From: Macrostomum hystrix | Lineage: Eukaryota > Animalia > Platyhelminthes | Reading direction: 5' to 3' | DNA length: 64,000 nucleotides | Assembly: GCA_950097015.1 (NCBI GenBank) | Contig: CATNEN010000002.1 | Span: 7,068,001 to 7,132,000, forward strand | In this document: in pieces, positions 37,650 to 50,534 of the stretch | Position numbering within the stretch: the stretch's first letter is position 1 | How the letters are laid out: each line of letters begins with the position of its first letter | Notes under the pieces: model-generated | Told to the model about the DNA's origin: nothing | Database searches by the model: none | Seen by the model: the letters and a program-made list of their open reading frames with translations, nothing else | Translations under genes and position numbers: made by a program

Positions 37650-38820
37650 CTGGATTTTCCTGGCGATTGGTTGAATATCTGAGCCCGTGTACTGGGTCTT
37701 CCTGGCGATTGGTTGAATATCTGAGCCCGTGTACTGGGTCTTCCTGGCGATTGGTTGAATATCTGAGCCCGTGTTCTGGATTTTCCTGGCGATTGGTTGA
37801 ATATTTGAGCCCGTGTTCTGGATTTTCCTGGCGATTGGTTGAATATTTGAGCCCGTGTTCTGGATTTTCCTGGCGATTGGTTGAATATTTGAGCCCGTGT
37901 TCTGGATTTTCCTGGCGATTGGTTGAATATCTGAGCCCATGTTCTGGATTTTCCTGGCGATTGGTTGAATATCTGAGCCCATGTTCTGGATTTTCCTGGC
38001 GATTGGTTGAATATTTGAGCCCGTGTTCTGGATTTTCCTGGCGATTGGTTGAATATTTGAGGTGTTCTGGGTTTTCCTGGTGATTGGTTGAATATTTGAG
38101 GTGTTCTGGGTTTTCCTGGTGATTGGTTGAATATTTGAGCCCGTGTTCTGGGTTTTCCTGGTGATTGGTTGAATATTTGAGGTGTTCTGGATTTTCCTGG
38201 CGATTGGTTGAATATTTGAGCCCGTGTTCTGGATTTTCCTGGCGATTGGTTGAATATTTGAGCCCGTGTTCTGGGTTTTCCTGGCGATTGGTTGAATATT
38301 TGAGGCGTTCTGGATTTTCCTGGCGATTGGTTGAATATTTGAGGTGTTCTGGATTTTCCTGGCGATTGGTTCAATATTTGAGCCCGTGTTCTGGGTTTTC
38401 CTGGCGATTGGTTGAATATTTGAGGCGTTCTGGATTTTCCTGGCGATTGGTTGAATATTTGAGGTGTTCTGGATTTTCCTGGCGATTGGTTGAATATTTG
38501 AGGTGTTCTGGATTTTCCTGGCGATTGGTTGAATATTTGAGGTGTTCTGGATTTTCCTGGCGATTGGTTGAATATTTGAGGTGTTCTGGATTTTCCTGGC
38601 GATTGGTTGAATATTTGAGGTGTTCTGGATTTTCCTGGCGATTGGTTGAATATTTGAGGTGTTCTGGATTTTCCTGGTGATTGGTTGAATATTTGAGCCC
38701 GTGTTCTGGATTTTCCTGGCGATTGGTTGAATATTTGAGCCCGTGTTCTGGATTTTCCTGGCGATTGGTTGAATATTTGAGCCCGTGTTCTGGATTTTCC
38801 TGGCGATTGGTTGAATATTT
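37650..38820. repeat. 42/39-bp minisatellite (CCTGGCGATTGGTTGAATATTTGAGCCCGTGTTCTGGATTTT)
   Basis: Visible array with two interspersed unit lengths. Confidence 0.95.
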
Positions 38821-39237
38821 TGGGAGATACAAAAAATGAAAAATGTGGGTATTCGAATTACACTGCCTTACGATGAGAACACCTGTGTGAGCGAGTGCCT
38901 GCGTACAGTATCTGTGTGCGTGTGCTCAGGGGGCAGAATCGCATCCTCCAGGTGCGGGTCCAGTGTCAAATGATGTGCAGCAATCCAGCAATAGTTATAA
39001 TTTCTTTTATATTCATTTAGGTGTTGACCTTTCTTTCAATATTAATTAGACAAATTTGTTAATATATGTAAACACTGCGGTGATTTTCGGCACGCACGTG
39101 AGCTTTTGTTTTGCTTTATAATTGTTATAATAAGAAAACATTTCTATACAAATTAGTCTATTTTAAGTTAAAAATAAACGTAAGATTTCGGAATAGCAGC
39201 CAAGTTGACACCCTGACGCAGATAACGCGTCCTGTTG

Positions 39238-42200
39238 CTATAGAAACACTCCGTCGGACTCTTCGTCAACGCTGTCCGCCGGGGGACTTCTCTCGGCCGA
39301 GCCCGCCACCGAGCGGTGATGCAGCTGCACCGGCTCGTCGAATTCGAAGCCAAAGTTTGTCTGTGTCTGCGCGCACGACTGCGACTGGGAGCTGGTCCTG
39401 GGCTCCAAAGCCAGCTCCTTGGCAGACGACAGCCGGCGTCGATTCTCCAGGTAGGCGGATATTGTCTCCAGCACCTGGCGCCGGTGCAGCTTCTCCTTGC
39501 TCTCCCTGCAGAACATTCGCAGCCTGGAGACAGTGTACAGGTACGGATTCAGAGCCGAGTTGATCGGCAGCGCGAATATCACGAGGCCGGTGGTGGTTGT
39601 GCGAGAGATTTTGTAGCCGGACGAGACAAGAAGAAACAGAACAATTGTTGGCAGCCAGCAGATCAGGTCAGTCAGGACCAGCAGAAACAGCCGGCGAGCC
39701 ATCAGGTGATCGATGTCCATGGCTTTGCGCTTCGCCTTGCGGCGAGTGTTTTTCAGGTGCAGGAACACGCGCAGGTAGCAGCCAGTCATGAAGGCGAACG
39801 CGGCGCAGTTGTACACAATGGCAACCAGCTGCGGCAGTCGCTGGATCATGGAAATCTGACCGTCAAGGTAGAAAGGCGAGCAGGCAGCGTTCAGATTGTA
39901 CGGCATGATCTTCCTCACCGTGGCGGACAAAGCCAGCAGCGAGAAGCCGGTCGCAGCCAGCCACGTGACCGCCACCACGGCAGCCACCCTCTGCAATGTC
40001 CAGCCGTGCTTCTTGAAGCGCTGCACGGTGAGCTTGAAGCGATCAAAGGACAGGAAGGCCAGGATAGTCACCGACACTTCGCTGCTGACCGTGGCCAAGA
40101 TCGCGCACACGGTGCAAAGGCTTGACGCACGCCACTGGTCGTCGTGAGCAATGTACTCGTGTCGATAAGACGTGTCAGTGCCGGCAATGATGAGCAAGTA
40201 GACAGCCATGAGCAGGTCGGCCAAGCTCAGATTGAGAATGAGAAAGTCCGTGGTTTTTTTAAACAGCTTCTTCACTAGGCGCCACGCGATGACGAAGAGA
40301 TTTCCAACCAGCGCGAGGCAGCCGAAGATCCAGACCATGACCTGCTGAGCCAGGTCTCCCAGAAGGTCATCGCACGAGCTGAAACCGTCGGCTGGCGGCG
40401 TGCAGTTCACGGCCACGACGTCAGCCAGGCAGCAGAACTTAAAGGAGTCGGTGTACAGGTTGTCCAGCCGCTCCAGCTTGGAGAAAGTCCTGATGGGAAT
40501 GAAGACGTCCGGGCCGGTGCCAGACAGGTCCAGCACTCGGAGCTGCCTCGGCCCGCCCTCGAAAGCCAACTCGTCGATAGTGACCAGCGGGTTTCGGCTG
40601 AGGTTGAGGTGCCGCGTGTTGTTGCTGCCGTAGAAGGCGTAGCTGGGCAGGCTGACGATGCTGAGATTCGACAGGTCGAGCTCCGCCACCAGCGGCAGGT
40701 GGGCGAAGCCGTAGCTCTCGATGCTGACGATCGGGTTGCCTCGAATGAGCAGCGTGGTGAGCCGCACCAGGCCGGACCAGACATTGCTGGGCACGGAGGC
40801 GATCTCATTGTTGCTTAAGTCCAGGTAGCGCAAATTGGCCAGGCGGGAGAACAGGCCAGCCGTGATCTCCTTGATGCCGGCGCTGCGCATCTCCAATAGG
40901 CCGAGGAGCGCCAGGTGGTCGAAGTCGCCAGGCCTGGCAGACAGCTGCGTATTGCCGCTGAGGTACAGGGCTCTGGTCAGGGGTGACACAGTCTGGTTGA
41001 TGTTGAAGCTCAGAGGACGCAGGCACTCGGTGATATAGCCGCGGCAGTTGCAGGGCTGGCGGCACTGCATGTCGCAGAAGGCCTCGTCCTCGGCATACCG
41101 GCAGTGCGGCACGCCATCGCAAGCGTTTTCGACCGGGACGCTGATGACAAGAGGCCGCGGGGTGGCGTGTGGACTGAGGCAGCGAAGGTGGCCGGCCAGC
41201 TGCGAATTCGTTCAAGGGGTTGTTGGTCAACTACTTGCCGATTATCCCAAAATTCCGCCTCGCGGAATCCCATACTCCTCATCCCGAAATCCCGAAATCC
41301 AACATACTAAAATACCACACCCAAAAGTCCCGCATTCTAAAATCATCTGATCTCACATTGCTATATCCCACACCTCAATATCCCACATCCCAATATCCCA
41401 CATCCCAATATCCCACATCCCAATATCCCACACCTCAATATCCCACATCCCAATATCCCACATCCCAATATCCCACATCCCAATATCCCACATCCCAATA
41501 TCCCACATCCCAATATCCCACATCCCAATATCCCACATCCCAATATCCCACATCCCAATATCCCACATCCCAATATCCCACATCCCAATATCCCACATCC
41601 CAATATCCCACATCCCAATATCCCACATCCCAATATCCCACATCCCAATATCCCACATCCCAATATCCCACATCCCAAACATCCCGAAGACGTGAACCTC
41701 ACCAGCGGTGGCTGCTCGCAGTCGATTTCGTCGGCACCATCGCTGCAGTCCTGCATGCCGTCGCACAGGCGGTAGACTGGCAGGCAGTAGCCGGCCGGAC
41801 ATTGGAACAGGCGCCGGCAGCCGAATGAGGCGCCGCCGCCGGCCCCGCAGCTGCGCAGGTGCTCCATGTTAGGGCACACCTGCTTGCCGAACTGCCGCCT
41901 GTCGAAGACGCAGGCATTGTTCCTCGGGAAGCACTTGACGTGGTTGAACATGCAGCGCTCCCATTGGCTGTCCGGACAGTCCGGGAACTCCAGCGAACCT
42001 GGATCGATGACGTTCTCGCCGCGGGTGCAGTTGTTGGCCCGCAGGCAGGTCATGGCTTCGTCCTCCAGGAGGCTGCCGGGACAGTCGACCTGCGTGTCGT
42101 TCACCAGGCCGTTGGGAATGCAGCGGCCGCTCAAGCAGGAGAAGCCGTTGCAGATGTTGCAGTTCTGCTCGTCGCTGAGGTCCTGGCAGTCGCTGATCCC

Positions 42201-45200
42201 GTTGCAGCTGGTAGCAATGGGAAAATTTTCGCTGATTGTACTCAAGTAAGCACTGCGATTCATATTATCCTAGCATGAAGTCTAAAAGAGCATTCACAGT
42301 AGAAAGACTATAGGGGCATTTCCAATACACACATTTTCCGTAGTTCTGTATCTCCCAAAATATTGAACCAATCGCCATGAAAATCCAGAACACGGGCTCA
42401 AATTTTCCGCTCTATGCAACGAAACAGCTTCCAGAATTACAAAACATCGGCATCATCGAGATATTCAATGATTCTCGTCGGGGTGTCTGATGGCAAAAAC
42501 CATTGATACAGCAATGTACTGATTATATCGTTAAAGAATCGCTGAATATATCGACGATGCTGACGTCGCACAGCTTTGAAATTTAGTTCATCGTAAAGAG
42601 GGTAAAATGTATCCGTTTAGTTGACTTTCACGAACAAATTTCATTCAGTTTGGGGTTGGATATTTGAAACTCCACTCGTGGTCTTTCTACTGTTTCTCGT
42701 TATCTCTTATCAAAGAAAACTCATATTTAATTAAGCAAAGGTGTAAATCAAATATTGACACCGGCTTGTTATTTCGGGTTATCCGGTGTTTTCCAATAAT
42801 ACGAAATTATTACCGGTCAGTGGCCTTTGGAGATATTTTTGACCTCCATTCTCATAGACATTTTTAGAACTGCGGCCTAGCATTATAAAGCACAGGTCGG
42901 CAAAGCTATGTCTCGGAGAAGACGAAATCCAAGAAAGATGAGACAAGGGAGAGTCAAGGGACAATGGAGAGATGAGACAGGGAGAGATGAGACAGGGGAG
43001 AGATGAGACAGGGGAGAGATGAGACAGGGGAGAGATGAGACAGGGGAGAGATGAGACAGGGAGAGATGAGACAGGGAGAGATGAGACAGGAAGAGATGAG
43101 ACAGAGGAGAGATGAGACAGGGATGAGATGAGACAGGGAGAGATGAGACAGGGAGAGATGAGACAGGGAGAGATGAGACAGGGAGAGATGAGACAGGGCA
43201 GAGATGAGACAGGGAGAGATGAGACAGGGAGAGATGAGACAGGGGAGAGATGAGACAGGGAGAGATGAGACAGGGGAGAGATGAGACAGGGATGAGATGA
43301 GACAGGGATGAGATGAGACAGGGGAGAGATGAGACAGGGGAGAGATGAGACAGGGAGAGATGAGACAGGGGAGAGATGAGACAGGGATGAGATGAGACAG
43401 GGAGAGATGAGACAGGGAGAGATGAGACAGGGAGAGATGAGACAGGGCAGAGATGAGACAGGGAGAGATGAGACAGGGAGAGATGAGACAGGGGAGAGAT
43501 GAGACAGGGAGAGATGAGACAGGGGAGAGATGAGACAGGGATGAGATGAGACAGGGATGAGATGAGACAGGGGAGAGATGAGACAGGGGAGAGATGAGAC
43601 AGGGAGAGATGAGACAGGGGAGAGATGAGACAGGGATGAGATGAGACAGGGAGAGATGAGACAGGGAGAGATGAGACAGGGAGAGATGAGACAGGGAGAG
43701 ATGAGACAGGGAGAGATGAGACAGGGGAGAGATGAGACAGGGAGAGATGAGACAGGGGAGAGATGAGACAGGGATGAGATGAGACAGGGATGAGATGAGA
43801 CAGGGGAGAGATGAGACAGGGGAGAGATGAGACAGGGGAGAGATGAGACAGGGATGAGATGAGACAGGGAGAGATGAGACAGGGATAAGATGAAACATGG
43901 ACAGATAAGTCAGCCAGGAGCTCAGCCAGCTTTGCTCACCGCTGATCACTCGAGATGCACTCCATGCTGCGCTTGCAGCGGAACTCGCCAGCTCTGCAGG
44001 CCTCGAACTGGCAGTTGGCCTCATCCATGCCGTTGCTGCAGTCTACCCGGTGGTCGCAGAGCCTTGACCAGGTGATGCGCTCGGAGTCATTGCTGCCGCA
44101 CTCGAAGAACTGATCCACAATGTCCGAGCTGCAAGCCATTTCGTCTTCTCCGCCTGAAGCAAAATGGTCTCGATTTGAGTTCTGTGATTTATTAACTTGT
44201 CGGCGCAAGACTCTTGGAAGACAGAAATCTTTTTAGACAAAAATCTTGGCTAATTCGCTTAAAATCAGCAATTTTCAATAAATTTTTCCACTTCAATTGA
44301 GAAAAGAATTTATAGATTCGCCCACTCACTCGGACAGTCCTGCTTTCCGTCACACAGTCCGTCGCTGCTAATGCAGGTGCGATCCAGGCAGGCAAACTGG
44401 TTGCTTCGGCAGCCCACCTGCTGAGCCACGGGGCTGCGCACGCACAGCACGGAGCGAGTCGGCAGTTTGTCGATCTGGCCGTCCTTCCGATGACGTCTCG
44501 ATGACGAGGTCGACAATGAGGCGTGGTTGAATAGCGTCGCGGTTCTATCACTCAGGCTCTCCGGTCCTTGTCTAGATGTCGTCCGAGTGAAGACGTCCGA
44601 CAGATCGTCCTCATCAGCCTCAGCGCCAGCAGATGCTTCGTCAGCGAACAGGGTCCGGTCGGAGGAGAACACGAAAATGCGGCCCCGCTGCACCGAGTAG
44701 CGCCAGACGCGCAGCATGTCATTGTACGGCTTCTGCTTTCCGGGCTCCTTCGGCAGAGTGGCAATCTGGCCATTGAGCTGCTCACACATGAGCCCGGCAT
44801 TCTCCAAGGTGAGCTCGGGCTCCACAGCGCTACTGTTCTGTGTGAGCAGCATGTAGCACTGCCGCTCATGCTCCAGCCAGTTGTCGGTGCAGGCCGGGCT
44901 GTCGGATCGGATTTTCACCATTTGCTGCTGGAAGTGGCGCTCAAGCTGGCTCTTTTGGTTCGTGTCGTCCGTTGACCGTTCGCAGATGTGGCTCTGGCCC
45001 TTGATCTCGATGTTGCAGGGCACCTTGATCCAGTTTGAGTGGTGCCGCGGGTTGTGCAGCATCATTCCCACACAGGGATAATTGGGATCATTGCTCGGCT
45101 GCGGGAACTCCTCGTTGATGAAGGCCTGGACGTTCGGCGAGGACCGTGAATAGACAGTCTCGTAGTGCGAGGGGTACCACTCGTGGAAGATGAATGGCTC

Positions 45201-48200
45201 GCCGTTGCTCCATTCGAAGTTCTGTTCCAATAGTTGAGTTCAAAAAGGAGGAATACAAAAATAATTTTGCTACCTAAGGACACGAGGGTGAATGGCAGAA
45301 TGGTCTAACGCGTTTGCCTCTCGCACCAAGGTTCATTAGCTCGATTCCACGGCGAGGCCACATTCAGTTTGGTAGCAGTCGCGGAGAAGCTTGGGGGTTG
45401 TCGACCAACCTTCTAGCCACAGTGAGGATGTACACTGCCTGTGTAATTGTGTCTTGCGTACGGTATCTATGTGCGTGTGTGCTCAGGAGTCAGCGGAATG
45501 GGCAGAATTGCCTCCTCGGTGGTTGCGGGTCTAGTGTCACCGAATGATGTATCAGTGCCCACCTGCAAATATCCTTATTATTACCAAGGACACAAAGATG
45601 GGAATCCGAAGTTTGGACCTCATAGAAGTTTTCCCTTCGATGCCAATAGTGTCCTACAGCACCCTCACATTGCTCAGGTAGAAGCTTTCGGAGTAGAAGT
45701 TGCCGTCAGCCGCCGCAGCTCGACCGGAGTGGAGCTGGCCCAAGCGCACCTCAGGCCGCGCCCGCAGGCCGATGTAGATGAACACATCCGAGTGCGCGAA
45801 GGCCTCCGTGTGCCACTCGTGCAGCAGCATCTGCTTGATGGCATTCATCTCCTCCTGGCTCTGGATGCTGACCAGGTGGCCGCCAAGCTCGTTGCACTCG
45901 GCGGCGGCTCCGTCCCAGGACATTGGCGCACTGGGGCGCAGGTAGCGATAGCAGGAGTCATTGTGCCTCAGCCAGCCGGGCCAGGTGCACTGCCCGAACT
46001 GCATGCGGTCCGTGTCCCGCTTCAGCTTGAACGAGATCGAGAAGCCGTCGTAGGAGCTCTTCGTCTGGGAGATCTTGCTGGCCTGAGTGAAAAATTGAGA
46101 TTGAGATTGCCCACTTCACGACAGCTCCCAAGCCGAATAACCGGTTTTTGTGAAAGTCCACCATTTGAATCAAAATTTTCCACTCTTTATGATGAACTTA
46201 TTTTTTAAAGCCTTGCGAGTCAGCATCTTCGAAATATTCAGCGACTTATGTCGAAAACCCAGGTGACAAGAACAAGTAACACTGCTCTTTATAGCATAAT
46301 CCATTGTTTCAAAATGGCAAGATAAAAAAATTAATCAATCCAAAATAGTTAAAAATGATAGCCAACATGATGACAAGATAACATTCTGTGAGCAGAAAAA
46401 TATGCCTTTATTTATGGTTCTTGCCCCCAGACACTGCGACAAGAATCGTTGAATAACTCGACGAGACCGATGTTTCGTTAATTGTTAATCGGATGGAGCG
46501 GAGCCCCGTGTTCTGGATTTTGATGTCGATTGGTTTAACATTTTAGGATATCCAGAAAAAGAAAAATGCTGGAAGAAATGACCTCGTGGTGTTTCTACCG
46601 GTAAAGTGTCTGCAATGTTTCCTAGTCAATCGTAAGTGGCATGACATACCAGAAACATCAGCAACAGTTTCCGACTTGAGATGGTCGAAAACTTCTCTCC
46701 TTTCTTGTAGCCGCACAGGGTTGTCTCCTTGCTGAACGAGTCGTTGATCGATTCGGACATGAGCAGTTTGCTGTTCAGGCACACGTCAAGATTGAAAACG
46801 TCAAGCGAGAACTCGTAATAGGAGCTCGGGCTGTCCGACTCGACCCGGCCTCTGTGCGGATCGAAAATCCAAACCAGCGGCTCTTCGTAGTTCTGATAGG
46901 CGAACGGGTAGTTCGGCGTTTCCAGGAAACCGCACTCCGTCTGCACAATCTGCTCGCCGCCGGTGTTCACGCTCTTGATCTCATTGTGCGGCACTCGCAC
47001 GCGGCACTTCTTCTCCAGGTGAATGGACCAGTGATCGGGTGAGTAGGCGCAGGTTGAGGTGTAGCTCACTGTCACCAGGAAGGATCCATTTACCTGTTGG
47101 CGAACGAAATTGAGCGCTGACGAGCAGTTGGTCTTCTCAAACATTGACAGCGGACCCGCGAGGCTCTCAGTCTCGTTCAGGGAAATCAGCGCTGTCAAGA
47201 ACTTGGTGGTTAACAGCGAGAACACAAGATAAGGCTCCGATGTTACGAAGGTAACCGAATGATTCGACTGGCTGTTGATGCTTCGCTTCGCTGGCGAATG
47301 CAGCAGGATGCAGTTTGCGTCCCGCAGCTCGCCCTGCTGCTTCCAGAAGTTGACGTGATCGCAGATGTATCGATTGACGTAAAATCTAATTACAATGCCA
47401 TCTGGGACAACCTGCTCTTGCTCCCTCAGATCTTCGTAATAATAAATCCAAGTTTCGACGGTTTTGTTCCTGGCCATGACTATGATGGGGAAGAAGCTGG
47501 ACGAGCAGTAGGGGCCCTCGGTCTCCTCGTTGCCATCAGCATCTGTCAGGATTATGACGAAGCCGCTCATTCTGCAGCTTGGGTCCAGCGGGTCCTTGTA
47601 CAAGCTGAACTGGGTGAAGTTGAAGTACAGATCAGATTTCCACTCAGTCGATTGGACCTGAAGCGGCACAATGACCTGCACTGAGCGCTGCCTGGGCTGT
47701 ATTTCGTGCATCTTCGTCTGCAACGCCTTGTAGGTATAGACGAAGCTGAAGTTTCGAAAGTTAGCTACTCTCGAGTCCTGCTGGATTTCGTTAACGTCGC
47801 TTGTCCAGTTCAGACCGACATCCCTCAGTCTGCTTGCCCAGACCGTCAGTTCCAGAGGCTCCGAGACCTGGGCATTCAGGGAGAAGACAAAGACCATCAT
47901 TTGCGGTGACATTCTGTCGAAGGTGACGTGGTCTAGGCAAGTCAAGCCCGTCAGGTTAGGCTCGTTCATGAAGTTCTGGTCCCGAAGGTCCTTGGGTGTC
48001 GGAGATGCCATCAGCCGGTCCGAGTAGGCCACGACAATGTTCTTGAAGCATTCGCTCTGGTTGTGTGACGTCATGTTGACAAAAGACAGATGCGCGCTTA
48101 GCTTTCTGGCGTAGATGGTTTCAAACTTGAAGATGTAGGTGCTGTGGTGGTACCACATGTGCTCATTGTTCAGCTCCGTTATGTAGTTTGGAGCCAGCTT

Positions 48201-49718
48201 ACTGAGATCAATTGACACAGACTCGCCATCCGTGAGCTTGAACTCGTCGATTCGCCGACGATACTCCCACTCCTCCTTCTCCACATCCGTGTACCGAATG
48301 CTGAACTGGCTGGTGGACTTGCTGTCGGTTCTGAAGGCGATGGAGGCCATCTCGGCGTTGATGTGATAGTAGAAGGGGGTCCGAAGTCCGCAGCCGAAGT
48401 CCGTGAAGGTTTCATTGCTAATCGCATGGATTATCTCGAGTCTGTCGTAGACGCAACTAGACCCGGAGTAGTCCAACTGGAAGGACTCAAAGTCCAGAGA
48501 GATCATCTTTCTTGGAGAGCTGGAAGTGACGTTCACATAGCAGAAACTGACTCGGTCCGCGTTGGGTCTGTAGAGAGACACAATGCTGTCGGTTGTGGCC
48601 TCCATGTTGGCTTCGCTGCCGATGCAGTACACGGGCAGGTACTGGGACAAGGTCACACTGAAGCCGGTCTTCTCTATCTGGCTGTCGGATCGGAAGGTTA
48701 GTCTAACCTCTGAGCTGTTGCTCTTCCAGGTGGTGTCCCTGAGGCCGCCGCCAAGTTGGCAGGTGTTGCTGCAGCATTCGACGCTAGGCGAGCTGCCATC
48801 CTCTACCAGCAGGCTGTCGCGTACGCAGGACAGATCGTCGGAGGCTTCGACGTGCAGGTGGGTGAATTTGATCTGGAAAATCGCGCCTGGCTCCGTGGCT
48901 CGAATGAGCACGGAGCAGTTTGAGTTGGGCGGGTACAGGTCGCTCAGGTTGCTAATTTTCGGGGAGTGAATGGTGATGAGGGAGCGCTGGACATTGGGAC
49001 GGGTCGAGTGCAGATGGCAGATGTCGAATCTGAAATAAATCAAAAATATGTTTTCTATACTTTTGAGCAGCCCACCGAGAGCCTGAGGATCGCTGGACCA
49101 TCTGGGAACTGGAGAGACGAAATCCCCGCCTGCTTGGCTGTCCTGAAGATACGCTAAACAAATAGGAAAACTAATGCACTATTTAAACAAAAAAACACAG
49201 GTATTGCTGTTTTCTAAAAGTTAAGCTACATTGCGCTAAAATCAAGCTATTAGTAAAAAATGTTTTCTGCATCAAAACTTTCTACGGCTGCTAAATGGCA
49301 ATTTTTGTCATTGAATTTTTTTTGTACAATAGTGTACTTTCGGGACAGCCAATCAGCCTACACTGGTCCGGAGAATCGGGTTTGGCGGGTTTGGGTTTGG
49401 GGTTTGGGGTTTGGGTTTGGGGTTTGGCGGGTTTGGGTTTGGGGTTTGGGGTTTGGGGTTTGGGTTTGGGGTTTGGGGTTTGGGGTTTGGGGTTTGGGTT
49501 TGGGTTTGGCAGGGAGTTGTTGTCTCTCCGGCCGGTTTCTACATTCAGAGCTCCATGGATGGAGAGCAGCTGCTGACTCACCCGGCATCCACAAACTTGG
49601 GGTGGTACAGAGAGTGCAGCAGAGCACTGGCTGAGTACGAATCATCATGCTGGTGGCTGTGCGGCTGCGGCAGCTGCAGACACACCAGGGCGAAGATTAG
49701 GAGGCCGAACCGCTCCAT
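39238..49718 (-). CDS. GRL101-like (LGR type C) GPCR with a CUB-CTLD-LDLa-LRR ectodomain, complement(join(39238..41199,41703..42207,43940..44153,44330..45221,45669..46082,46650..49029,49582..49718)), 2167 aa
   Basis: All six GT-AG introns are phase-consistent (6504 nt). Signal peptide, at least 3 CUB-like domains, 2 C-type lectin domains, about 7 LDLa repeats, LRRs, hinge FKFCC...SSCDDLL, and 7TM with SFDRF and NSALNPYLY. Confidence 0.88.
41362..41680. repeat. 15-bp intronic minisatellite (CCCAATATCCCACAT)
   Basis: Visible array. Confidence 0.95.
42960..43890. repeat. 12-14-bp purine-rich intronic minisatellite (GAGATGAGACAGGG)
   Basis: Visible array. Confidence 0.95.
45284..45570 (+). mobile_element. 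SINE family A copy in a GPCR intron
   Basis: A-box/B-box head and 3' end GGTCTAGTGTCAC...CCTGCAAATA match 14645-15007. Confidence 0.8.
49378..49509 (+). repeat. Telomere-like (TTTGGG/TTTGGGG)n tract in GPCR intron 1
   Basis: Visible array. Confidence 0.9.
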
Positions 49719-50534
49719 GTCACCCCGAGTCATCGATGACGCCAGAGCAGCAGCCGCAGTTGAGTTCAGTTGGATTGCCCTGAGACAGAGCAGCTAGCAT
49801 TGGACAATGCTCCTCTTAAGCGGTTCTGCTTCACCGGATGCTTTCTGTCTGGGCGGAAAACTGAGAACTGGAATGCCTTACCTAAGCCATTGGCCAATCA
49901 GGTGATTTACAGTCAGTTTCTTGGAGCAGCAGAAGCAGGTCTGCTCAAGAGCAGATGGTCGACTCCCACCGAGCTTATCTCCCGTGGGCCCGCAGTGTGC
50001 TCAAAGTTACTCAAATAATCGGTGTTGGCGCCACCTTACGGGCGGCTTATCATAGCAAGCGCTGGCACCCACCACAGGCAGTGCAGTTGACACGGGGACT
50101 TTGTTTGCAACTCTCCCCAATAGCCCTGGACATAATCTGCCGCGGGATTCCTTTTATTTATTGTTAATTTATCTGCACAATTCGACCCGAGTTTGTTCTC
50201 AACGCCAATCCATGCGCAGCGTCTGAAAGCTTGAATAACTCAAGACAAAACGCTGTTAGTGCTACTGATAGTAGGCATATTGCAGAATAAGTCAATAAGC
50301 ATGCGGGCAAGTTTGTGTATTTTTTCTGATTCTAAATGGACAATCAAATCACGAACAATTGGCACCAGTGAAAAACCTCCATGAGCCAACTAAATCACTG
50401 CTGAAAATACGTTAAAAATATGTGAACAAAGCAGATGAATTTACTCGTTATTAAATTGTTCTGATCGACGGCACTTTTCAGAATTTCGATTCAAGCGAGC
50501 TGCTTCCACAAGATCCAGTTCTACTCGCGGCGAG

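Noticed and set aside
37593-38832. Long repeat ORFs (QIFNQSPGKSR and others)
   Set aside because: Unit lengths of 42 and 39 bp keep frames open trivially; no start or splice context.
41220-41828. YPTSQ, MWDIG and GCGIL repeat ORFs
   Set aside because: They lie in the GPCR intron bounded by the donor at 41702 and the acceptor at 41200.
42954-44024. 356-aa S/L/H/P repeat ORF
   Set aside because: Translation of an intronic minisatellite.
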